Shown: positions 19,318 to 27,999 of the stretch, in pieces
Position numbering within the stretch: the first letter of the stretch is position 1
How the letters are laid out: every line of letters begins with the position of its first letter
Origin: an uncultured delta proteobacterium
GTDB lineage: Bacteria > Myxococcota_A > Polyangia > Polyangiales > B10-G4
DNA length: 64,000 nt
Assembly: GCA_963727445.1 (NCBI GenBank)
Contig: CAVSGI010000021.1
Coordinates: forward strand, 448,001 to 512,000
Reading direction: 5' to 3'
The notes under the pieces: generated by a model
What the model saw: only the letters and a program-made list of their open reading frames with translations
Databases searched by the model: none
Told to the model about the DNA's origin: nothing
Position numbers and translations under genes: made by a program

Positions 19318-20683
19318 CTATTCGCCCTGATCGAGGATCACCCGAAAGCTCCGAGCGTTCTCGTCCGGCTCGTCGGCGTCGGGGAGCCGAGCAGACAGGT
19401 TCGTGACCACCACCACCACCTCGGCGATCTCCGTCGTGTCCTCGGTGAAGTCGAGCTGGAGATAGGAGCGGGTGAGGCGACGGGGCGGCGCGCTCATCCG
19501 ACTCGATCTCACGACCACGCGCGTCGAGGCTCACGGCGACGAAGGACCAGCGCACGCCGAACTCGCCGCGGAGCCAGAGGCGCAAGCGATCGCCCGGCTG
19601 TGCCTCCGACACGTCCACCCGGAAGTAAGCGCTGCCGAAGGGCCCGATCTCCGGATCGTGCGGGCGCGTGTACTTCGAGAGCTCGGACCAGGTGAAGGAC
19701 TCGCTCACCGGGACCATCGCGTCCGCCGGCAGCGTGCGTGCCCAGTCACGAACCAGCGGCCCCTTCGCGCGGTCGCCGGTGAAGTAGCGTGCCACGGCGA
19801 GGTCTTCGATCAGCGCATCGATGTCGTCGTCGGGATCGACCTCGAGGATGGCCTCCATCGACTCCCAGAGATCGGGGCTCGCGCGCAGACCGGGGCGATC
19901 CCAGGTGCGTTGCCGCGCGACCTGCCAGATGTCGTGCACGATCGAGCCGCCGGCGCCGTCGTGCTGTGAGGCGAGCTCGGCCAGCAGGAGCGCGCCTCCG
20001 TCGCCGCCCTCCGGATCGTCGTTCACCCACCCCGTGTGCGCGCTCCGCTGTGGGGCGGCCACGAGCTCGGGGTCGCACCCCCAACGTCCGGTGGTGATCC
20101 ATGTGAGATAGGTGGCGGTGGCGTGGCGCCAACCCGGCGCCTCGGCCGGGTCCTGGCCGAGGAGCACCGCCTGCGCGTAGGCGGAGACGACGCAGGCTTC
20201 GAGGTCGAGTGCGCGCCGCGGATCGACCTGGGCGTAGGCGGAGGCGGTGTCGAGGTAGCTCCACAGCACGCGCGGGTCGGCGGCGGCCTCGTCCACCCGG
20301 CCCTCGGTGGGGGCGAGGTAGAGGTCCAGCTCGTCGCCCCCACCGCGTCCACCGTCGGGGGGCGGCAGGGTGAAGCCCAGCTGCTCCATCACGTCGTGGG
20401 CGAGCTCGGCAGCGTCCAGCGCTTCGGCGATCTGCGCCTCGGGCACCCCCGGCCCCGCGTGAATGGCGAGGGGGCGAAGCTCCGAGCGGGCGGCGATGGG
20501 CAGGTCGGGTCTCTGTCCCGGCGCCGGGGGGGACATGCGGTCGCCGGCCCAGCGCCGCATCCCGCCGAAGTAGTCCATGATGCCGAGCATCTGCGCCTCG
20601 GCGGCGCGCGGGAGCACGAGGGTGAGGAGGCAGAGGAGGGCGGGGAGGGCTCCCTTGGCGAGTCGGCGCGGAATATCAAGCAT
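19318..20683 (-). CDS. Secreted protein resembling MXAN_6640-type metalloproteases but lacking HEXXH; +1 frameshift near 19504
   Basis: Signal peptide; PPPDGGRGGGDELDLYL; C-terminus continues in ORF 19318..19518. Confidence 0.65.
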
Positions 20684-20720
20684 TTGACACGATCCCCACG
20701 ACTCTTCTACACCGGCTTTG

Positions 20721-21263
20721 ATGGCCGAAGCGCGATTCGATCCCGGTGGCTTCTATCAGTTCGACCTTTCCGAAGGGAGCGTCCGCACCAGAGACGGAGC
20801 CCGTGTCCTCGTACTCTCGGACACCGCAGCCGGCCAATTGGTTTCAGCCGCGATGCGCGCCGGGGACAGCGCGGCGCTCATCGGCCTGGGCAACGAGCTC
20901 GGGACGGTCGCGCGCGCGAACCTCGGGGGCGACCCCACCGAGGCCTCGATCGAGCAGGTCGTGGCCCATGCGTCGGCGGTCGTGTCGCTCTTCGGCTGGG
21001 GCAAGCTCGCCTTCGAGCGCTGGGGCCAGGCGCTGGTCGCTACGGTCTCCGGCGCGCCGAGCCTGGGCGACGGCGGCATCGCCATGAGCGCCCTTCTCAC
21101 CGGCATGATCAGCGCGCTCGGCGAGACGCCCGCGGATTGCGTGCCCGTGACCGAGCAGCAGTTCCTGATCCTCGCACCCGAGACCGCAGAGGCGGTACGG
21201 AAGTGGGTCGCGGCCGGAGACCGCCTCGGCGCGATCGTGAGTCGTTTGGGGGTGTCGTCGTGA
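20721..21263 (+). CDS. Hypothetical protein, V4R-like fold
   Basis: FDLSEGSV..RVLVLS..GLGNELG..FGWGKLAFE..ALLTGMIS. Confidence 0.65.
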   Translation: MAEARFDPGGFYQFDLSEGSVRTRDGARVLVLSDTAAGQLVSAAMRAGDSAALIGLGNELGTVARANLGGDPTEASIEQVVAHASAVVSLFGWGKLAFERWGQALVATVSGAPSLGDGGIAMSALLTGMISALGETPADCVPVTEQQFLILAPETAEAVRKWVAAGDRLGAIVSRLGVSS

Positions 21264-21712
21264 GTCAGGTCCAGAAGCTCGAGTCGCTCCTCGCGCTCGT
21301 CCAGCGCAACCGCCACAAGCCTCGTGCGGCGACCGCACCCGCCGCAGCACCCGGCCGCACGCGCAAGACCAGCCCGAGCCCGCTCGAGGTGGCCATCGGC
21401 GGCGCGGCCGACGAGCCGGCGGCGCCCGCCAAGCCCCAGCCCGTCGCGCGCGCCACGCCCAAGGCCCAGCCGCGGCCAGCGCCGGCCCGTCCCGCCGCGC
21501 CGAAGACCGCGCCCACACCGGTGACCGCGCCCACGCCGATGCGCGCCGCGAAGCCGGCGGCGCCCACCAAGCCCACGCCAGTCGCGGCGGCGCCGATCGC
21601 CGCGCCTTCGGCGCCGGTCGCCACCGCGAGCAGCGACGTGGTCGTCGAGATGCCCAAGACCTTCGACGAGCTGCTGGCGCAGAGCCTCGCGCTCCGGCCC
21701 CTCGAGCACTAG
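21260..21712 (+). CDS. Hypothetical Pro/Ala/Lys-rich protein
   Basis: GTGA overlap with previous gene; KLESLLALVQRNR N-terminus, TFDELLAQSLALRP C-terminus, low-complexity linker. Confidence 0.7.
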   Translation: MSQVQKLESLLALVQRNRHKPRAATAPAAAPGRTRKTSPSPLEVAIGGAADEPAAPAKPQPVARATPKAQPRPAPARPAAPKTAPTPVTAPTPMRAAKPAAPTKPTPVAAAPIAAPSAPVATASSDVVVEMPKTFDELLAQSLALRPLEH

Positions 21713-21874
21713 ATGAACGACCACGATTCTGGAACGTTCCTCGCTCGTCTGCGGCGCCGCTCGCCGCGTCGGGTCTCCTCGAATGGCCGATCGGCCGTCC
21801 TTCGTAGGCCCTCCCTGCGAGCGACACCGCATCCTTCGCGATCCTCCGTCCCACAATCGTGGTCGTTCATCTAG
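21709..21874. mobile_element. MITE-like 166-bp element with 20-bp perfect terminal inverted repeats bounded by CTAG
   Basis: CTAGATGAACGACCACGATT (21709-21728) and its exact reverse complement (21855-21874). Confidence 0.7.
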
Positions 21875-21881
21875 AGGGCGC

Positions 21882-22646
21882 TTGCTCCTCGCTGTCGACG
21901 TCGGCAACACGCACATCGTCCTCGGTCTCTACGAGGGCGAGCGATTGGTGCACGACTTTCGCATCGAATCGTCTCGCGGTCGCACCGTCGACGAGCTTCA
22001 CGTCCTTCTGCACAGCCTCCTCGCGGTGGCTGGGGTGGAACGTCAGGCGGTCCGCGGCAGCATCCTGGCGTCGGTGGTCCCGGCCCTCGGTGAAGTGGTG
22101 GTGGAGGCCGTCGACCGGGCGTTCGATGTCGACATGATGGTGGTCGGGCCCGGCCTCAAGACCGGCATGCCGATCCTCTACGAGAACCCGCGGGAGGTCG
22201 GCGCGGACCGCATCGTGAACGCGGTGGCGGCCTACGAGCGTGTGGGCGGCGCGGTGATCGTCGTCGACTTCGGCACCGCGACCACCTTCGACTGCATCTC
22301 CGAGGCCGGCGAGTACCTCGGCGGCTCGATCGCGCCGGGGATCCGCATCAGCGCCGAGGCGCTCTTCGCGCGTGCCGCCAAGCTGCCGCGGGTGGAGGTG
22401 ATGAAGCCGCCGCGCGCCATCGGCCGCAACACCGTCCACTCCATGCAGTCGGGCATCGTCTTCGGTTACGTCGGCCTGGTGGACGGGCTGGTGGAGCGCA
22501 TCCGCGCCGAGATCGGCGCGCCCGCGCGCGTCCTCGCCACGGGCGGGCTCGCGCCGGTGCTCACCCCCGAGAGCCGGACCATCGAGGACTTCGACGAGTT
22601 CCTCACCCTCGATGGTCTGCGCATCCTCTGGGATCGCAACCGCTGA
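21882..22646 (+). CDS. coaX: Type III pantothenate kinase
   Basis: LLAVDVGNT, ASVVP, GADRIVNA, VDFGTATT, GGSIAPG, ATGG; TTG start. Confidence 0.95.
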   Translation: MLLAVDVGNTHIVLGLYEGERLVHDFRIESSRGRTVDELHVLLHSLLAVAGVERQAVRGSILASVVPALGEVVVEAVDRAFDVDMMVVGPGLKTGMPILYENPREVGADRIVNAVAAYERVGGAVIVVDFGTATTFDCISEAGEYLGGSIAPGIRISAEALFARAAKLPRVEVMKPPRAIGRNTVHSMQSGIVFGYVGLVDGLVERIRAEIGAPARVLATGGLAPVLTPESRTIEDFDEFLTLDGLRILWDRNR

Positions 22647-22664
22647 AGCCGGCGCCCGTGCCCC

Positions 22665-24411
22665 TCAGTTCGAGGTGCGCCGGAACACCTGGTAGAAGTA
22701 GCGGCCCGAGCCGTCCCCAGCCCCGATGTCGATGCGGAAGCGTCCGTTCGACGTGGGACAGTGACGCACCGTCGGGAACGCCGTGCGGGTGTTGTCGCTC
22801 GCGATCTCGTTGCCTCCCTGACTGATCGAGAGGTCCACGTTGTTGAGACCCTGGCCGCCGACCGCGAGGATGGCGTAGCACTGGCCGCCCTGGAGCGGGA
22901 TGGTGTGATGCGCGGTGGCGCCCTCCCGCCGCAGGTTGCCCTGCCCGGGGGTGGTGTTGGGATCGGGCTCGAAGCCCTCGACGCCGAGCAGCGAGGTGAC
23001 CTCGCCCAGGCGGACGTAGATGAGCCCGCTCAAGCCGAAGGGGCCGCGGGTCCCGCGCGGCCAACGATAGGGCGCATACACGAAGTTGCCCGAGCCCTGG
23101 TACATGCGGACGGTCATCGTGTACTGGCCGGTGTCGTCGGGACAGACGCGCACGATGGGGCGCGCATCGGTCTCGACGTCCTCGTCGATCATGCGCCCGC
23201 TTTCGTCCTTGAGCAGGAGATCGAGGTCGCGCACGCCGTTGTCGCCGACGCCGAGGATGGCGTAGCACTTGCCGCCCTCGAGCTGGATGGTGAAGTCGCG
23301 CGTTTCGCTCTCGCCGAGCTGGCCGCGGGACTGGTCGCCGTAGGGCTGATAGCCGCGGGCGCGGATGTCGCTGTCGAGGAGCCGGAAGTTCTCCTCGAGC
23401 CCGGCGCCGGCGGTGGACTGGGTCGCGATGACGTTGGTGGCGGGCGGGGTGGTCGTCTGCTGTGCGGTGCTGCCGTCGCCCTGTCGGACGTAGCCGACGG
23501 TGAAGAGCGGGCCCTGTCCGCCATACATGCGCGCGCGCAGCTGATAAGAGCCGGTCTGGCTCGGACAGAAGCGGACGAGCGCGTCGAGGTTCGTGGTGAC
23601 GTCCTTTTGGAGCTCGTTGCCCTGACCATCCACGAGGAAGACGTCGGTGTCGCTCGCGCCCTCTCCGCCGAGGGTCGCGAAGGCGTAGCAGGTTCCCTGG
23701 GTGAGGTTCAGGGCGAACATGCGGTCCTCGCGCTGGGTGTACTGCTCGCCGTAGGGGTCGCTGATCCGCGAGTAGCCTTCGGCGCGAAGCGTCTCGTCGA
23801 GCTGCGTGAGCCGGCTCTGGGTGGCCTCGTCGAGCTGGGCCTGCTGTCGTCCTCCGCCCTGCTGGCCGCCGCTGTAGAGCTGCGCCAGGTCGGGCCGCGT
23901 CTGGGGCGAGCCCTGATAGACGGCGTAGTAGTACTCGCCCCCACCGGAGGCCATCTGGAGCCGGGCGATCACGCGACCGGCGGTGGCGGGGCAGATCGTC
24001 GCCCAGGGCCGCGGATCCGGGTCGACGTTGTAGGCGATGGTCTGACCCTGCGGGTCGAGGACGATGAGGTTCAGATCGCTGGTCGGCTGGGCGATGGCGA
24101 CGATGGTGTAGCAAGCGCCCTGCTGCGCCTCGATGGCGTAGGCGATGACCCCGTTCGCCGGCAGGTTCGTGTTGCGGACCGCGGGCCCGGTGCGGGCGTA
24201 GCCCTGCTGGGTCAAGAAGGCCTCCACCTGCTCGAGGGCCTGGCGGGGATCCTGGCTCACGCCACTGCCGCCGCCGGCTTGAACCGTGCCTCCTCCGGCG
24301 GTGTTGTTCAGCTGTTGGCCGCCCTGCTGGATGGGCCTGGCGCGCCGGCAACCGCCCAAAGATCAGGGCACAGAGGGCGACGAGAGCGAAGAGTCCGATC
24401 TTCCGAATCAT
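22665..24411 (-). CDS. Lipoprotein with four tandem PPC-like beta-sandwich repeats; +1 frameshift at 24358-24360
   Basis: Removing one T restores MIRKIGLFALVALCALILGGC (lipobox); four ~100-aa repeats GxCY...DLxL...CP. Confidence 0.8.
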
Positions 24412-24551
24412 TCGGGTGTCCAATCTATCGCCCCGAAGGGGCGGTACCCAGACCGACGGAGAAAGGGCCGTCGGCTTCAAACGCGCCGTATCCAAGCACG
24501 ATGGCTGTGGGCGACGCAACCGAGGGGAGGGCGGCCCGATAAGGGCTGCAC

Positions 24552-25091
24552 ATGTCCCGTACGCCCCTCCCCGCCCTGGTGTTCCACCTCTTCCTCCTGG
24601 CGGCCTTCGCCGCCTTCGCCCCCGCGGCCCTCGCGCAGGATCCGGAGGCGCCCACCCAAACCCTCGCCACCGATCCGTCCCCTCCCACCCCCATCGGCGC
24701 CGTCACCCTCGACCCGGTGGGGATGGCCTTCGGGGAGTGGACCGCTCGCTTCGAGCTCGGCCTGAGCCCCTCCCACGCCCTCTTCTTGGAAGGGGGCTAT
24801 CGGAGCACGGCGCCCTCAGCGGGTGTGGCGCTCGAGCTGGGCTACCACCTCTACCCCCTCGGCGAAGGTGTCGCCGGGCCCTTCATCGGTCCCTCCGTCG
24901 GCGCGGCGATCACCACCGACCGGGCGGTGGTCTCGCTCTTCGGCGCGCTCGAAGCCGGCTGGCAGCTCGTCCTCGGGCCCTTTGCGCTCGGGCTCAGCGG
25001 CGGCGTGGAAGCGCACCTCGGCTTCGATCAGGGAGCGACTGTCACTTTTGCGCCGCGGATCTCGGTCTCGATCGGTTACGCGCTCAGGTGA
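24552..25091 (+). CDS. Secreted small outer-membrane beta-barrel-like protein
   Basis: Signal peptide (ALA-Q), alternating beta-strands, terminal SIGYAL. Confidence 0.65.
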   Translation: MSRTPLPALVFHLFLLAAFAAFAPAALAQDPEAPTQTLATDPSPPTPIGAVTLDPVGMAFGEWTARFELGLSPSHALFLEGGYRSTAPSAGVALELGYHLYPLGEGVAGPFIGPSVGAAITTDRAVVSLFGALEAGWQLVLGPFALGLSGGVEAHLGFDQGATVTFAPRISVSIGYALR

Positions 25092-25793
25092 GCGGCGAAC
25101 GCCTCGATCGAAGACCACGCGTCGAGCATCTCTTCGGCCGATTGAAAGCGCGCATCCTCGGTCCTGGCCAGGGCGCGCGAGGCGAACGCATCCGCGTCGA
25201 GCCCGACGTCGTCGCGCAGCTCGCTCGGACCGGGGGGAAGACGGGTGTCGTCGGGGCTCGGTGCGTGCTCGCCGGTGAGCGCCTCGTAGATCACGCGCCC
25301 GGCGGCGTGAAGATCTTTGCGTGGATCTCCAGCCGTCTCCGGCTGAAAGGCGACGAGCTTGGCAGCGCCGCCGCCGTGATGCTCGGCGAGGAAGACGTCT
25401 CTGGGGGTGAGGCAGGGATGGACGGCATGCGCGCGATGCGCGGCACAGAGGGCGTCGAGGATTCTGCGCGCCCACGCGCGCCGCGTCCGCGAGACCCAGG
25501 CGGCCTTCGCGGGACAGCCGCGCGCGCAACGTTTCCCCGGCGAGGAGCTCCATGGCGACGAAGGGGCCGTCGTCTTCGCCGATTTCGAAGACCCGGAGGA
25601 CATTCGGGTGAGCCAGCCCTGCGCAGATCCGCGCCTCGGTCGTGACCCGGCGCCGCACCTCTGGACTCGCCTCCGGACGAAAGCGACGCACGGCGAGGCC
25701 ACGCTCGAGCACCACCTGCACGGCGCGGTAGATCCGGCTGTGGGGCGACTCCGCGACGAGCGATTCGATTCGGTACTTCCCGGCGACGACGTC
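25076..25793 (-). CDS. Ser/Thr kinase-like pseudokinase; start uncertain; +1 frameshift near 25460-25473
   Basis: VAGKYRI, EARICAGLAHPNVLRVFEIG, FVAMELLAGETL in one frame; HPCLTPRDV, DLHAAGRVIYEALTG, RFQSAEEM in the next. Confidence 0.65.
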
Positions 25794-25885
25794 AGCTGTC
25801 GTTGAGGCTGAAATAGTCCGCTCCGACGGTTGGCTCCAGAGGATACCCCCGATTCCCTGGTTGGGAAGTGGGCTAGTCTCGCACC

Positions 25886-26908
25886 GTGCGTCCTTCGTCG
25901 CGCGCGTTCTGGCTCCTCCTCTGCCTTTCGGGCTGTGCCTCGGCGATGAGGCCCTGTTTCGCCTCGTGCTACGAGCGGCGCTCGCCCGCGGCGGACCCCC
26001 AGCCCGGGCCGCCGACCATCTCCACCGTGGTCGAGCGCTGCAAAGGGCTGAACGGGAGCGATGACGCCTGCGGCTTCGTGGCGCGCTTCGATCCCGAGCA
26101 CTGCAGTCAGGCGGTGCCATGCGATGGGCTGGTCGCGATCTTCGCGATGACCTCCGAGGAGTGCGGAGGCTATGGCCGCGTGCTGCGCGACTTCGCGGAG
26201 GCGGGTCACGTCGCGACCTGCCTCCACCTCTTCGAGGCGGACGAGGTGGTCCATCGTCTGCCGCTGGTGGAGCTCGCCGATCGCGTCGACCGCTCCCTCG
26301 AAGCGATCCACCTCTCGGAAGCGGTGACCGGACGCTGGACGGGTCGCTACCTCTTCCTTTCGGGGGAGGGGATGGCGGGGACGGCGCCGGTGGTCGCCAT
26401 GGCGCGCACCAATCTCGACGACTCGGAGCACTGGCGCGGCGACGAGGTGACCGCGGGCTGCTTCCTCGAAGGCTTCTACGACCTGTCGGCTGCCGACACC
26501 GCGCTGGGCGAGGGACTCGGCGGGCTTCCCTGCACCTTCCCCCTCAGTCACTCGGAGCTGCTCTCCCGGTATTACGACCCGCCCCCCGCCGAGCACGCGT
26601 GCGACAACGGGCAGTGCCCCTGCGGGCCCGGGCACTCACCCGCGATCGACGTCGACTCCGTGATCGACGTCGACCCGTCGTCGCTCTCCGTCCCCGCCTG
26701 GACCCTCGTCGAGTGTGGCTCCGAGCTCGACACCTGCAGCGATGACGTCGCACCGGCGGCGCCAATCCGCACGCTCTGCGAGGCCTTGGACGCGGACAGC
26801 GACCACACTTGCGAGTTCCAGAGCATTCCGCGGGCGGACTACCGAAGCTGCATGAGCTTCGGCGCAGAGCGATGCCTCGCGTTCTTCGAAACGCTGACGG
26901 CTCGGTGA
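25886..26908 (+). CDS. Cys-rich lipoprotein with alpha/beta-hydrolase-like fold
   Basis: Lipobox LSGC; FAEAGHVAT, LFLSGEGMAGTAPVVAM; many Cys. Confidence 0.6.
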   Translation: MRPSSRAFWLLLCLSGCASAMRPCFASCYERRSPAADPQPGPPTISTVVERCKGLNGSDDACGFVARFDPEHCSQAVPCDGLVAIFAMTSEECGGYGRVLRDFAEAGHVATCLHLFEADEVVHRLPLVELADRVDRSLEAIHLSEAVTGRWTGRYLFLSGEGMAGTAPVVAMARTNLDDSEHWRGDEVTAGCFLEGFYDLSAADTALGEGLGGLPCTFPLSHSELLSRYYDPPPAEHACDNGQCPCGPGHSPAIDVDSVIDVDPSSLSVPAWTLVECGSELDTCSDDVAPAAPIRTLCEALDADSDHTCEFQSIPRADYRSCMSFGAERCLAFFETLTAR

Positions 26909-26921
26909 TCCCCGGCGCGGC

Positions 26922-27874
26922 TCAGCCGGCGCGGAGGAGGAAGAAGAGCCCGGCGATGGAGAGCGCCAACACCGCGCCCGCGAGGACGTAGATGAACACG
27001 TCGGCGCCGAGGCCGGCGCGGCGGGGGGCCGGCGGTGGCGCCGATGGGGTCGGCGCCCGCGTCCCGTCGCTCGCGCTCTCGGGCGCGGCTTCGGGCTCGG
27101 GCTCTGGCTCTGGCTCGGGCGGCGCGGGGAGCTCCACCGATTGCTCGGGGGCACGCTCGAATCTCGTTCTGAAGTCGCCCGGCGGCGTCCTCGAAGAGGA
27201 CCACCGTCTTGCCCAGGCGGATCTCGTCGCCGTCGCGGAGGCGCTGCTGGCGAATCGCCTTGTCTCCGACGAACGTCCCGTTCTTGCTCTCGAGAATCCC
27301 GGAGCATCACCCCCGACAGGTCGGCGAAGACCTCGGCGTGAGCGCGCGAGAGGTCTTCGTCGGGGAGCTGCACGTCCACGTCCTCCCCCCGACCGAGGAC
27401 CAGCCGACTCGGGGGATTGGGGATCGCGATCTGTTGCCCTTCACTCGGCCCGTTGAGCACGTGGAGCCGTGGCGCGTTGTCGCCATCACCCTGGGAGAGC
27501 GCCTCCTCCACGATGCGGCGCGCGAGGGCGGCGGTGCCCTCCACCGTGGTCGCTGTGACCACCGGTTTCTGCTCGAGGCGCAGATGAAAGCCGCCGATGT
27601 CGACGACGTCCTCGGGACCGAGCGGTTTCGGGCGTCCGGGGGGCAGGCGTTCCCCGCCGACCTTCGTTCCGTTGGTGGAGTTCTCGTCGACGACCACCCA
27701 ACGCGCCCCTTCGGCGCGAAGCGTGGCGTGGGTTCCACTCACCGCGGCATGAGGAATGTGCACGTCGGCGCCGCGATGTCGTCCGATGACGACGCGCGGC
27801 TGATCGAATTCGTAGACGTGCTCGGTCGTCCCTTCGGACGACCACGTCGATCGCACGACGAGGCGGAGGCCCAT
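26922..27874 (-). CDS. Double-FHA domain protein with C-terminal TM; +1 frameshifts near 27295 and 27160
   Basis: IGR..VSGTHA..STNGT; LGR..LSRAHA..(DL)ESKNGT; C-terminal PEPEPE linker and TM in ORF 26922..27137. Confidence 0.8.
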
Positions 27875-27999
27875 GCTCGGGTCGAGACTGATCGCGCGAT
27901 CGCCACCGGTCAAGAACGGCGCGCCCCTCGCGGCCTGCCGAAAACTGGACCCGATCTGCCAGTTCTGTAGACGTCGTAACTAGCCATAGAGGAGCAAGC

